The notes: generated from the sequence alone by a model not told the origin. A stretch of 64,000 nt of DNA from Polaribacter sp. (GCA_020740485.1 DYMN01000010.1:9974-73973), one strand, 5' to 3'. Positions 37,770-47,835 are shown, numbered from the stretch's first letter. Program-made: numbers and translations.

Positions 37770-38796
37770 GCAACCAAAACTAAAATTTCTCGATCGTTTT
37801 CTGACCCTTTGGATATTTCTCGCTATGATTCTGGGGGTGGGTTTGGGTTATTTTTTTCCGAATATCAGTCAGGTTTCCGAACAACTGAGTATAGGTACAA
37901 CTAACATTCCTTTGGCAATAGGGCTGATTTTGATGATGTATCCACCTTTAGCAAAAGTAGATTATTCTCTTTTGCCTAAAGCATTTAAAGACCAAAAATT
38001 GATGAGTTTATCCTTATTTCTCAATTGGATTATAGGTCCGGTTTTGATGTTTGGGTTGGCAATTCTATTTTTGAGAGACGAACCTGAAATGATGGTGGGA
38101 CTCATTCTTATTGGATTAGCACGCTGTATAGCAATGGTTCTTGTGTGGAATGATTTAGCCGGCGGTAATCGTGAGTATGCTACTTTGTTGGTGGCACTCA
38201 ACAGTGTGTTTCAGATTATTGCGTATAGTTTTTACGCTTGGTTATTTATCAATTTTCTTCCTAATGCGCTGGGAATGGGAAATTTTGATATTGAAGTTCC
38301 GATGAACGAAGTGGCAAAAAGTGTTGCCATTTATCTGGGTATTCCCTTTCTTATGGGATTTCTAAGTAGATATTTTTTGGTGAAATGGAAAGGAAAAGAT
38401 TGGTACAATCGAAAATTTATTCCCAATATTTCACCTATAACTTTATATGCGCTTTTGTTCACTATCGTGTTGATGTTCAGTTTGAAAGGAGACAAAATTG
38501 TGGAATTACCTTTTGATGTATTGAAAGTGGCAATTCCTATGATTATCTATTTTGTTTTAATGTTTGGCATCAGTTTTTTCATTGCCAAAAAAATGAATGT
38601 TCCCTATGACAAAAGTGCTTCGGTGGCTTTTACGGCAGCGGGAAATAATTTTGAATTAGCCATCGCAGTCGCCATTGCCGTTTTTGGCATCGCATCGCAA
38701 CAAGCCTTTGTGGGAGTGATAGGACCCTTGGTGGAAGTACCTGTTTTGATAGCATTGGTCAATGTGTCCCTTTGGATCAAAAAGAAGTATTTTTAA
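37768..38796 (+). CDS. acr3: ACR3-family arsenite efflux transporter
   Basis: [26 protein letters not shown]-terminus, about 10 TM helices; 342 aa. Confidence 0.9.
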   Translation: MQPKLKFLDRFLTLWIFLAMILGVGLGYFFPNISQVSEQLSIGTTNIPLAIGLILMMYPPLAKVDYSLLPKAFKDQKLMSLSLFLNWIIGPVLMFGLAILFLRDEPEMMVGLILIGLARCIAMVLVWNDLAGGNREYATLLVALNSVFQIIAYSFYAWLFINFLPNALGMGNFDIEVPMNEVAKSVAIYLGIPFLMGFLSRYFLVKWKGKDWYNRKFIPNISPITLYALLFTIVLMFSLKGDKIVELPFDVLKVAIPMIIYFVLMFGISFFIAKKMNVPYDKSASVAFTAAGNNFELAIAVAIAVFGIASQQAFVGVIGPLVEVPVLIALVNVSLWIKKKYF

Positions 38797-38837
38797 TTGG
38801 AAAATTAGTAAATTCAACATAAATATATCATTAAAAA

Positions 38838-39449
38838 ATGAAACCTATTTTAAATAATCTTATTCAATCTTTTTCATCTGAAAATATATCAAAGGAGAGA
38901 AAACAGATTTTACAACCGCTGATTGAGTACATTCAAAGTAAATTAAATGCAAACCAACCTGCTTTGTTAAATTTTATTTGTACCCATAATTCCCGCCGCA
39001 GTCATCTGTCGCAAATTTGGGCACAAACTATGGCATATTATTTTGAAATTCCCAATATTTTTTGCTATTCCGGTGGAACAGAAGCCACTGCCCTATTTCC
39101 AAAAGTGGTGGAAACCCTTCAAAAACAAGGTTTTGAAATAATGAAATTGGCTGACTTTTCTAATCCGGTTTATGCTATAAAATACGATGACAACACAATG
39201 CCTATTATTGGGTTTTCAAAAGAATATTTTCACGATTTCAATCCAAAATCAAATTTTGCCGCAGTGGTAACCTGCAGTAGTGCTGATGAAAATTGTCCGG
39301 TGGTGTTAGGGGCTGAAAAACGCTTTGCCGTCCGTTATGACGACCCTAATATTTATGACGGAACACCCGAAATGGATGAAAAATACAGCGAAAAGAGTAT
39401 TGAAATAGCAATGGAAATGTATTACATTTTTTCTAAATTAAACAAGTAA
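38838..39449 (+). CDS. arsC: LMW-PTP-type arsenate reductase / protein-tyrosine phosphatase family protein
   Basis: CTHNSRRS (CX5R-S) P-loop in an ars context; 203 aa with an N-terminal extension. Confidence 0.7.
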   Translation: MKPILNNLIQSFSSENISKERKQILQPLIEYIQSKLNANQPALLNFICTHNSRRSHLSQIWAQTMAYYFEIPNIFCYSGGTEATALFPKVVETLQKQGFEIMKLADFSNPVYAIKYDDNTMPIIGFSKEYFHDFNPKSNFAAVVTCSSADENCPVVLGAEKRFAVRYDDPNIYDGTPEMDEKYSEKSIEIAMEMYYIFSKLNK

Positions 39450-39474
39450 AATTATAATCTAAAACCTGTTTTCA

Positions 39475-39900
39475 ATGAAAAAAATATTCATATTATTGAC
39501 ATTATTATATGGCGTTCAGTCCTTTTCGCAAGAATCATTAGACGATTTTGTAGATGATTTCAATTATGAAACACGAAATGATATGAAGGTCAGTAGTAAA
39601 GAAATTATAGACCTTATCAATCAAAAAAAGGCAACTTTATTGGACATTCGATTTGATGAAGAATACCAATCTTGGAATTTCCCTTTTGCCTTACACATTG
39701 CCTTACCCGATTTACCTGAGAAAATGAGTACTTTGGATAAAAAAACGCTTTATGTTACCGCTTGCCCGCACAATGACAGAGCCATTATAGCGATGATGTA
39801 TTTAAAATCTAAAGGATACAATGTGAAATATTTGTCGGATGGCTTATTAAAACTCGCTGATTATCTGCGTGGTGATAATGCTAAAAAATTTATAGAATAG
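39475..39900 (+). CDS. exported rhodanese-domain protein
   Basis: Signal peptide MKKIFILLTLLYGVQSFS and rhodanese active-site loop ACPHNDRA; 141 aa. Confidence 0.7.
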   Translation: MKKIFILLTLLYGVQSFSQESLDDFVDDFNYETRNDMKVSSKEIIDLINQKKATLLDIRFDEEYQSWNFPFALHIALPDLPEKMSTLDKKTLYVTACPHNDRAIIAMMYLKSKGYNVKYLSDGLLKLADYLRGDNAKKFIE

Positions 39901-40007
39901 TTTGAAGATTAGCAAATTAACTAATAAGATAATTATTTAATTCAACATTCATCCCGAAGCATCGGGACAAGATTCAAAATTTAACATTCAAAATTCAACA
40001 TTTATAA
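39901..40007. repeat. word-repeat spacer with hairpin tcccga-agca-tcggga
   Basis: Hairpin at 39952..39967 flanked by attcaacat / attcaaaat words. Confidence 0.7.
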
Positions 40008-40985
40008 ATGTTTAATTGGACTCAAAACTTAGCCGATTGGCTTGTATATTCCGCACTTGGGATTTCAGAAAAATCTCACTTAGGGGCGGCACTTAACTTT
40101 TTTATCTATGACAGCATCAAGATTTTAATTCTTTTGTTTGTCATCATCTTTTTGATGGGGATTGTCAACTCCTATTTTCCGGTGGAGAAAGTACGCAATT
40201 TTTTATCTCGCAATAAACTATATGGCGCTGAATATTTGATGGCGAGTTTGTTTGGTGTAGTCACCCCATTTTGTTCTTGTTCTTCCGTGCCCTTATTCAT
40301 CGGGTTTGTAAAAGGGGGCATTCCATTGGGTGTAACCTTTGCATTCTTGGTTACTTCACCTTTGGTCAACGAAGTAGCCATTGGGATGTTTTTGGGGATG
40401 TTTGGCGTAAAAATCACCCTAATTTATGTGATAAGTGGTATTTTATTGGGGATGATTTCCGGATTTATACTGCAAAAAATGAAATTGGAAAAACATTTAA
40501 CACCTTGGGTGAAAGATGTTTTGGTAAATGCCGAAAGAGAGCAAAATGCATTTGAGTCAGAAAAAACACCATTGAAAGATAGATTGCCTTTTATATGGGA
40601 TGAAGTAAAGAAAATATTGACAGGCATCATTCCTTATGTTTTGATTGGCATCGCCATCGGTGGATTGATGCACGGTTACATTCCCGATGGATTTTTCGAG
40701 AAATATATGCACCGTGACAATCCTTTTGCCGTTCCTATGGCAACTTTACTCGCTGTGCCACTTTATGCAAATGCGGCGGGTATTTTACCCGTTGTTCAAG
40801 TATTGGTAGCCAAAGGCATTCCCATTGGAACTGCCATTGCCTTTATGATGGCTGTGGTAGGGCTTTCTTTTCCTGAAGCGATGTTACTTAAAAAAGTAAT
40901 GACACTGAAATTGATACTTATCTTTTTTGGGGTTGTTACTATGTGTATCATTTTTTCGGGATACTTGTTTAATTTGATTTTATAA
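40008..40985 (+). CDS. arsP: ArsP-type permease (putative organoarsenical efflux)
   Basis: Vicinal cysteine motif VTPFCSCSSVP in a TM helix and two permease halves; 325 aa. Confidence 0.7.
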   Translation: MFNWTQNLADWLVYSALGISEKSHLGAALNFFIYDSIKILILLFVIIFLMGIVNSYFPVEKVRNFLSRNKLYGAEYLMASLFGVVTPFCSCSSVPLFIGFVKGGIPLGVTFAFLVTSPLVNEVAIGMFLGMFGVKITLIYVISGILLGMISGFILQKMKLEKHLTPWVKDVLVNAEREQNAFESEKTPLKDRLPFIWDEVKKILTGIIPYVLIGIAIGGLMHGYIPDGFFEKYMHRDNPFAVPMATLLAVPLYANAAGILPVVQVLVAKGIPIGTAIAFMMAVVGLSFPEAMLLKKVMTLKLILIFFGVVTMCIIFSGYLFNLIL

Positions 40986-41001
40986 CTAAATTTATATATA
41001 T

Positions 41002-41391
41002 ATGAAAACCAAAATCATCCTTACCTTATTCGCCTTTGCGAGTATCACAATCCTTTTAAGTTTCAATACTTTAAAAGAAAAACAAAACAAATCGGAAGCA
41101 GACGCTACTTACAAAGTCATTTTCTATGAATTGGGTTCCGTAAAATGTATTCCTTGTCAAAAAATGCAACCCGTTTTAAAATCTATCGAAGAAAAATACG
41201 GCAAACAAGTACAAGTAATTTTTTATGATGTATGGACCAAAGAAGGCAAAGAATCAGCAAAAAAATTTGACTTTAATTTGATTCCAACGCAAATTTTTAC
41301 CGATGCCAAAGGCGTGGAATTTTTTCGTCACGAAGGCTATTTTTCGGAAGAAGAAGTAGTAAATGTGTTGAAAAAGAAAGGGGTAAAATAA
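41002..41391 (+). CDS. exported thioredoxin-family protein
   Basis: Signal/anchor MKTKIILTLFAFASITILL with CxxC SVKCIPCQ; 129 aa. Confidence 0.75.
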   Translation: MKTKIILTLFAFASITILLSFNTLKEKQNKSEADATYKVIFYELGSVKCIPCQKMQPVLKSIEEKYGKQVQVIFYDVWTKEGKESAKKFDFNLIPTQIFTDAKGVEFFRHEGYFSEEEVVNVLKKKGVK

Positions 41392-41392
41392 T

Positions 41393-41461
41393 GTGCTAAT
41401 CCCGAACACTTCGTTTTTCGGGACAAGTTATGCTAATCTGCTAATTTGCTAATGTGTTAAC
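41393..41461. repeat. octamer array with hairpin tcccgaa...ttcggga
   Basis: gtgctaat, then the hairpin at 41400..41423, then atgctaat ctgctaat ttgctaat gtgttaac. Confidence 0.8.
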
Positions 41462-41493
41462 TCAAAATAATAATATTTCAAAAACAACAATTT

Positions 41494-41952
41494 ATGAAAA
41501 CCTTATTTTATACCATCTTTCTAAGTATTAGTTTATTTATAACTTCTTGCAGTGGCAAAGCCCAAAATCAAAATTCAACTGACAATATGGGAAATAAAAC
41601 TGAAGTTAGCGGACCCAATCGTATCGAAATTCTCGATTTCCATAACGAACACCGATGTGTTTCGTGTGTATCGATAGAAAGTTACGCCAAAGAAACTCTA
41701 AACACCTATTTTGCCAAAGAAATGCAAAATGGTAAAATCACTTTTACACTTCTCAATGCTGACGACCCCAAAAATGAAACAATGGTTGAGAAATATAAAG
41801 CCTACGGTTCCACTTTAGTGCTAAACGTAATTATTGACGGCAAAGAAACGGCTCACGATATTACGGAATTTGCTTTTTTGAATAGTGAAGATAAAAACAA
41901 ATTTATTGCTGAATTTAAACTAAAAATGGAAGAACAATTAGCCAAACTCTAA
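41494..41952 (+). CDS. thioredoxin-like lipoprotein (possibly ArsF-family)
   Basis: Lipobox LFITSC and CxxC HRCVSCVS; 152 aa. The ArsF assignment is from memory of database naming only. Confidence 0.5.
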   Translation: MKTLFYTIFLSISLFITSCSGKAQNQNSTDNMGNKTEVSGPNRIEILDFHNEHRCVSCVSIESYAKETLNTYFAKEMQNGKITFTLLNADDPKNETMVEKYKAYGSTLVLNVIIDGKETAHDITEFAFLNSEDKNKFIAEFKLKMEEQLAKL

Positions 41953-41957
41953 ACCAA

Positions 41958-42668
41958 ATGCAAGAATTTCTAAAATCTTTTCTCGACGGTAGTTCTACGC
42001 CTTTTATTTCTGCCTTGGTTTTGGGTTTGATGACAGCCATCAGTCCCTGTCCATTGGCAACCAATATAACGGCTACGGCATTTATTTCGAAAAATATTTC
42101 CGACAGACGCAAGGTCTTTTGGAGTGGTGTAGTTTATACTTTGGGTAGGGCATTTAGTTATACCGGCATTGGTTTGATATTGTATTTCGGAGCAAGCAAA
42201 TTTCATTTGGCAAGATTTTTCAATCAAAACGGCGAAAAATTTCTCGGACCTTTATTGATTTTATTAGGACTTTTTATGTTAGGCGTCATCAAAATCAATT
42301 TCTTAAAAGGTTCCAACTTCACCGAAAAACTATCTGAAAAATTTAAAGACAACGGACTTTTGGGCTCCTTTTTAATCGGGGCTATTTTTGCGTTGGCATT
42401 CTGTCCGTATAGTGGTGTGTTGTTTTTTGGGATGTTAATACCCCTGACCGTTGCCAGCGCTTCAGGATTGTATCTTCCTATCATCTTTGCCATTGGAACC
42501 GGAATTCCGGTAATCATATTCACCTATTTATTGGCATTTGCTGCCGGAAGTGTAGGCGTATTTTACAATCGCATTACACAAATAGAGAAAGTGATGCGCT
42601 ATTTAGCAGGCGTGGTATTTATACTCACGGGGGTTTATTATATGATGATTTTTTGGAAAGTGTTTTAA
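41958..42668 (+). CDS. CcdA/DsbD-superfamily membrane protein (database name may be ArsG-family transporter)
   Basis: Six TM helices with the two signature Cys motifs AISPCPLAT and LAFCPYSG; 236 aa. Confidence 0.7.
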   Translation: MQEFLKSFLDGSSTPFISALVLGLMTAISPCPLATNITATAFISKNISDRRKVFWSGVVYTLGRAFSYTGIGLILYFGASKFHLARFFNQNGEKFLGPLLILLGLFMLGVIKINFLKGSNFTEKLSEKFKDNGLLGSFLIGAIFALAFCPYSGVLFFGMLIPLTVASASGLYLPIIFAIGTGIPVIIFTYLLAFAAGSVGVFYNRITQIEKVMRYLAGVVFILTGVYYMMIFWKVF

Positions 42669-42703
42669 ACCAATTGATATTCAGGATGTTCTTTAGAAAG
42701 TAT

Positions 42704-42739
42704 AACTTGATAAAGTTTCAAAAACCTTATCAAGTTTTG
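42704..42739. terminator. hairpin/terminator between convergent genes
   Basis: aacttgataa(a)g ... cttatcaagtt followed by tttt. Confidence 0.55.
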
Positions 42740-42759
42740 TCTGAAAGATATTTGATTAT

Positions 42760-43746
42760 TTAATTCAATTCCATCATTTGAAATATTTTATTAAGATCTG
42801 TTTTCTTTAAATTTATATGATAAGTGTATTTATTATTTAACTCAAATTTATCAGCATACAATTCCCCTTTTTTATTGGATACAACTACTGCAAATGTCTT
42901 TTTTGGTAAATATTGAATTGGCAATTCAATTGTTTTTTCATTGTAAAAAGAGTCTGAACTAAAGCTATTTTGTCCGTGATACAAAATGTATACATCTAAA
43001 TATCTGTTAGATGCTTCTGAAATAGTCATTTTAATCAATCTATTTTCGCAACCTTCAATATATCTGTCAATATTTATCCAATCGTAATTCTTTAAAAAAT
43101 ATTGACCATTTTCATCTGTTTGATAGTTTGCAGTATTCATAGATTCAAATTCTTCATCATTAGTTGATTGATTTGGATAAGTCCAACTGACAGTGTCAAT
43201 TACTTTGTATAATGCATTTACACCTCTTTTAACACCTATTACATTTTCTTCAACGACAATAGGTTCATTTTTTATTTCATCCCATTTCATATTTCCCAAG
43301 GTATCTATTTCTCCTGAAAAAAGAATATTTCCATTCATTTTATCTTTTGGGATATTTATTTCCAAATACATTCCTTTTTTTAATTTAATTGGCTTTCCAT
43401 CTGCGAAAAATTCTATTTTAAACACTCCTGAACTTTCAAGAAGTTTATTCTCTTTTGTAATTGTTTGAATGTTGTTTAAAACCAAATCTTTAAATTCATT
43501 AAATTCAGTCAGTTTCAAGGTGATTTTTGCATTATTTGGAATGTCAAACTTTTGACGATCAAAGATAATAATGGTTCCACTTTCACCTTTTATAGTTTTT
43601 AAAGAAATTGTATCCAAATTAAAAATTTGAGTTTTAATCTTAGACATTTTTTTAAGTGAATCAACAGAATTACTTTCAAAACGTTCATTTTGACAACTCA
43701 ATATCAAAATTGAAATAAGACTGATTAAATAAATTTGAATTTTCAT
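42760..43746 (-). CDS. hypothetical lipoprotein
   Basis: Start moved to the ATG at 43746, giving MKIQIYLISLISILILSC (lipobox). The upstream 56 codons of the track ORF run into repeats. Confidence 0.5.
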   Translation of the reverse strand: MKIQIYLISLISILILSCQNERFESNSVDSLKKMSKIKTQIFNLDTISLKTIKGESGTIIIFDRQKFDIPNNAKITLKLTEFNEFKDLVLNNIQTITKENKLLESSGVFKIEFFADGKPIKLKKGMYLEINIPKDKMNGNILFSGEIDTLGNMKWDEIKNEPIVVEENVIGVKRGVNALYKVIDTVSWTYPNQSTNDEEFESMNTANYQTDENGQYFLKNYDWINIDRYIEGCENRLIKMTISEASNRYLDVYILYHGQNSFSSDSFYNEKTIELPIQYLPKKTFAVVVSNKKGELYADKFELNNKYTYHINLKKTDLNKIFQMMELN

Positions 43747-43957
43747 AATTAAAAAATTTAAGATTTCTTTAACAACCCCAATTATAATGCCACAATTTAA
43801 AGTTGATAGAAAGAGAAAACTTGATAAAGTTTCACTTAACAACTCTCGAAGGGTTTTGAAAATCTTAGGGCTTTCTATAAGGTAAGTTGAGCATTTGCTA
43901 GATGAATCTGCCACATTTAATTTGTAATTCGTAATTTTGAATTTGTACTTTCAAACC

Positions 43958-43965
43958 GTATCTTT
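43958..43965 (+). promoter_or_regulatory. candidate -7 box (tatctttg)
   Basis: Exact TAnnTTTG match 23 nt upstream of the ATG at 43988. Confidence 0.5.
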
Positions 43966-43987
43966 GCCCCCTTTTTGAATAAACATT

Positions 43988-44470
43988 ATGCAATACACAA
44001 AAAACAATATCCTCAACGGTGCACTTATTTATGCCATAGGTGATTCAACGGCTGCTCTAATTACCGATGAATTTTCTTGGATCAGATTATTAGGAATGGC
44101 TTTAATCGGTGGAACAGTTTATGCCTTTGAAATTCCCAATTTTTACGCGTGGTTAGACAAGCGCACTGCTTATTATTCCGAAACTAAAAAATGGATTGCC
44201 AAAACTAATTGGGCTACACTCTATTTTAGCCCGCTGTGGATTGCACGCCATATGATTTTCATCTTAATCTTACAAGGAAAATGGATGGATATCCATTGGA
44301 ATATTTTATTGATTGCGTTTTGGTCCTTCTTATTTAGTTTGCCGGTAACTTATCTGGGTAATTATTTAATACAGAATAAAATAAGTGTAAAACATAGATT
44401 TATCGGCAGTTCTATTTTCTCCGGAATCATGGCGGTTTACTATGCTTTGAGTGAGGTGATTGGGTTTTAG
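43988..44470 (+). CDS. hypothetical 4-TM membrane protein
   Basis: Hydrophobic profile only. It faintly resembles the Mpv17/PMP22 pattern (GALIYAIGDSTAA...). 160 aa. Confidence 0.35.
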   Translation: MQYTKNNILNGALIYAIGDSTAALITDEFSWIRLLGMALIGGTVYAFEIPNFYAWLDKRTAYYSETKKWIAKTNWATLYFSPLWIARHMIFILILQGKWMDIHWNILLIAFWSFLFSLPVTYLGNYLIQNKISVKHRFIGSSIFSGIMAVYYALSEVIGF

Positions 44471-44483
44471 ATAATTATTAGAG

Positions 44484-44852
44484 TTAACTTCTGTTAAAGA
44501 ATTTAACTCTATTCTGTTCGTTCTTGTTTAATATTATGTAAATATAACTCGGAATACTAATAAAAATAGTTAGCCACAATACTCCACCCAAACCGGATAT
44601 CCAAATAAGCCTCCAAAATAAGATCATTATTAACGGAGTAAATATCATAAATATTAATAATGCAATGGATAAAATTGTTTTATTTTCTCTCGCTTCTAAC
44701 TTATCAATGAGGTAATGAGCTTTACTGCCACAAGTTTTACATTTCAGTTCAAGGCTTTTTCCGTGGATCATTTTTAATTCCACCCTTGTGCTGGCATTAG
44801 TTTTGTATACAATTTCATTTTTACAATGAACACACTTAACATATAATCTCAT
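44484..44852 (-). CDS. hypothetical membrane protein with N-terminal zinc-ribbon
   Basis: CVHC...x26...CKTC followed by two TM helices; 122 aa. Confidence 0.45.
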   Translation of the reverse strand: MRLYVKCVHCKNEIVYKTNASTRVELKMIHGKSLELKCKTCGSKAHYLIDKLEARENKTILSIALLIFMIFTPLIMILFWRLIWISGLGGVLWLTIFISIPSYIYIILNKNEQNRVKFFNRS

Positions 44853-44982
44853 AATTTTAAGTAAAAATTTAAAAATTGAATTTTTATTACTTAGTATGAA
44901 TTTATTTTAAAATAAACCAATTTTAAGATTATTATTTTTTCTTTTCTCCACCCTCCTGCTTAATGATTTTATTGGAAAAAAA

Positions 44983-45756
44983 TTAAAAATTTGGCTTTCT
45001 TTTTTCTAAAAACGCAGTTGTCCCTTCTACAAAATCATCCGTACCGAAGCAGCCACCAAACTCAGAGATTTCAGTTTCAAAACCGTTTACACCCTTTTCA
45101 AATCCGGCATTGATACTCCTAATAACGGCAGCAATTGCAGTAGAGGAATTTTGAGAAATTTTTTGAGCGATTTTGACTGTAAAATCCATCAATTCTTCCA
45201 ATGTTACCACATGATTTACCAAACCCCACTGTAGCGCTTCTTGTGCAGAAAGCATTCCTGCGGTCATGATGAGCTCCATGGCTTTGCCTTTGCCCACCAA
45301 TTGCGGTAAACGCTGGGTTCCGCCGTATCCGGGAATGACGCCAAGCGATACTTCCGGTAAACCCATTTTGGCATTTTCGGATGCAACTCTAAAATGACAA
45401 GCCATAGCTAATTCCAATCCGCCACCCAAGGCGTAACCATTGACCGCAGCAATCACAGGAGTGTTGAGATTAGCAATAAAATCAAACAACAAATTTTGAC
45501 CTTGTTCTGCCAAATCTGAACCTTCACTTTCGTCATAATCGGCAAATTCAGCAATGTCGGCTCCGGCAACAAAAGCTTTGTTACCACTTCCGGTAATGAT
45601 GATGACACGACAGTCTTCATCTGTGTCCGCTTCTGAAATGGCACGGCTCAACTCGGAAATGGTATCTTTGTTTAAAGCGTTCAATTTGGTGGGTCTATTG
45701 ATGGTAATGGTAGTAATACCATTGTGATTTGCAGTGAGAATATTTTCGTAAGTCAT
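44983..45756 (-). CDS. enoyl-CoA hydratase/isomerase (crotonase) family protein
   Basis: AFVAGADI, GYALGGGLELAMACHFRVAS and PEVSLGVIPGYGGTQRL; 257 aa. Confidence 0.88.
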   Translation of the reverse strand: MTYENILTANHNGITTITINRPTKLNALNKDTISELSRAISEADTDEDCRVIIITGSGNKAFVAGADIAEFADYDESEGSDLAEQGQNLLFDFIANLNTPVIAAVNGYALGGGLELAMACHFRVASENAKMGLPEVSLGVIPGYGGTQRLPQLVGKGKAMELIMTAGMLSAQEALQWGLVNHVVTLEELMDFTVKIAQKISQNSSTAIAAVIRSINAGFEKGVNGFETEISEFGGCFGTDDFVEGTTAFLEKRKPNF

Positions 45757-45908
45757 TGTTTAATAAGTTAAAAGTCTATAAAGTTTATAAAATTATAAAG
45801 TTTAATGTTTCTTTTTTTGATTTTCAGGTTTTATATTTTTTTTTATATAATTGATTTTAAAAATTTAATCTGTGTAAATCTGTTTGATCTGTTCAATCTG
45901 TGTTTCAT

Positions 45909-46979
45909 TTACAACCATTTTTTATATTTAAAATATCTTAATAAAGATAACACAATAATCAACATTACCCCTAAAACAACGTAATAACCGTATTTTGTAT
46001 GAATTTCCGGCATATTGTCAAAGTTCATTCCGTAGACCCCAACTATAAACATGAGTGGCATAAAAATCACGTTGTAAATAGTCAATATTTGCATAATTTG
46101 ATTGGTTTTGTTGGCGATTCCGGAATGATAGGTATCCAAAATATTGTTCAAACTCTCTTGCAAAAATTCGGTACTTTCGTTTAAATACAAAGTGTGATCA
46201 TGCAAATCATTAATATAAGGGGTTGTTTTGTTGCTAATTAAGGTTGTTTTTTCCAAACGCAAATCAATCAAAGCTTCTCTTAACGGCACAAGTGTTTTCC
46301 TAAAATCTAATAAGTCTTTTCGGACTTTTTGCATTTCAATCAGATATTTTTTATCGGAATGGAGCATCACTTTATCTTCAATAGATTCAATGGCTTCTTT
46401 GAAATTTTCGATTACTAAAAAGTAATTGTCTACAATAATATCGATTAATGCATAAAATAGATAATCAACATTTCTTTTTCTAATCTTTGCTTGTGTATCA
46501 CGAAGACGTATGCGAATTTTATCGAATAAATCTCCTTCAGTTTCTTGAAAAGTCAACAACCAATTTTTACCCAGAATCATACTCACTTGTTCTGATTGAA
46601 TTAGATTTTTTTCATCAATCACCAGCATTTTTAAGGTAAAAAACAAGAAATCGTCGTATTCTTCTAATATAGGACGGTGATTTACATTGAGAATATCTTC
46701 TATTACCAAACTGTGAATACCAAAAATTTCCCCGATTTCAGAGAGAATCTCAACATCGTGAAGCCCATCGACGTTAATCCAACTTGAAGTGGCACTTTCC
46801 TTGTAAGTTTCTAATTTTGAAATGGTTAAAACTTCATTTTCTTCAAAATCGGCATCGCGATAATCAATAACGATTACTTTGACTTTTTCATTTTTTTTCC
46901 TTCCGGTGAACTTGAGACTTCCCGGCGGTAAACCTATTTTTTCAAGGTGAGTTTTATTGTGTTCTGAGATGGGAACCAT
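45909..46979 (-). CDS. corA: CorA-family magnesium/cobalt transporter
   Basis: YGMNF motif between two C-terminal TM helices; 356 aa. Confidence 0.88.
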   Translation of the reverse strand: MVPISEHNKTHLEKIGLPPGSLKFTGRKKNEKVKVIVIDYRDADFEENEVLTISKLETYKESATSSWINVDGLHDVEILSEIGEIFGIHSLVIEDILNVNHRPILEEYDDFLFFTLKMLVIDEKNLIQSEQVSMILGKNWLLTFQETEGDLFDKIRIRLRDTQAKIRKRNVDYLFYALIDIIVDNYFLVIENFKEAIESIEDKVMLHSDKKYLIEMQKVRKDLLDFRKTLVPLREALIDLRLEKTTLISNKTTPYINDLHDHTLYLNESTEFLQESLNNILDTYHSGIANKTNQIMQILTIYNVIFMPLMFIVGVYGMNFDNMPEIHTKYGYYVVLGVMLIIVLSLLRYFKYKKWL

Positions 46980-47108
46980 TAGATTTAGAATAATTTAGAA
47001 ATCCAATTATCAGCGTAAAAATACGCTATTATTATGGCTATTAATACTAAAATCAGTAGAAGTGATTTTTTGTAATTTGGCTTTTTTCTTTGACCAAATC
47101 TTCCAAAT

Positions 47109-47735
47109 TCAATTCGTTTTTCCATCGGTTAGTTTTTTAACTTCAATGTTTTTGGGTAATTCCATTTGATGATAATCCAAACGCCACCCGAAGGTTTCCA
47201 CGATGTTTTCTATCATTCTTATCGTATCAAGTGCTTTCTCTTGGGCTGTGTTTAAAATACCGCTTTGGGGTATTTTCGCTTCTATATTTTCACGAACCTG
47301 TTTATTGAGTTTAGTTAAATCGGTTGCTTCAAACTTATTAAATAAACCATTGGTAATATCGTAATAATCCAAATGCGTTTCTATACTCATCACTTGTGGT
47401 GGCGGAAAGTGTACCAATTCTAATGTGCGATTTTTCGGATCCGGTTTGATGCGAATTTGCTTCATATCGAAACCCACCATTACCTTAGAGTTGGCAAGTA
47501 CAATCGCTTTTTTGTCACTTTTTAATAGATTGAGAAAAAGATTTTTACTGTCTTGATGGTGCATGATTTCAGTAAAATCACTTTCTATAGTTATGAGTTT
47601 TGACACATTTCTGATTTTTTCTAATAAGATGACAGATTGTTGCTCTACATTATCTTTAGCAAACAAATGCCTGAATCTATAAGTCAAAAAACCCACTCCA
47701 ACAACTCCAATAGTAAGCCCAATTAAAAATTCCAT
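47109..47735 (-). CDS. DUF4230-like membrane-anchored protein
   Basis: N-terminal TM helix. Size and layout resemble DUF4230 proteins, recalled from memory only. 208 aa. Confidence 0.45.
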   Translation of the reverse strand: MEFLIGLTIGVVGVGFLTYRFRHLFAKDNVEQQSVILLEKIRNVSKLITIESDFTEIMHHQDSKNLFLNLLKSDKKAIVLANSKVMVGFDMKQIRIKPDPKNRTLELVHFPPPQVMSIETHLDYYDITNGLFNKFEATDLTKLNKQVRENIEAKIPQSGILNTAQEKALDTIRMIENIVETFGWRLDYHQMELPKNIEVKKLTDGKTN

Positions 47736-47835
47736 AATTTTTTTAGGTTAAAATTATTTTGTAAAAATACGAAAATTGTTTCAAAATTCAAGTTTCAGGT
47801 TGAGCGATCCAGATTACTATCGGGAGAAATGATGC

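Noticed and set aside
43747-43914. 56-codon N-terminal extension of the lipoprotein ORF (track start 43914).
   Set aside because: The extension crosses the 17-bp direct repeat and word repeats and lacks a signal peptide. The internal ATG at 43746 gives a canonical lipoprotein signal.
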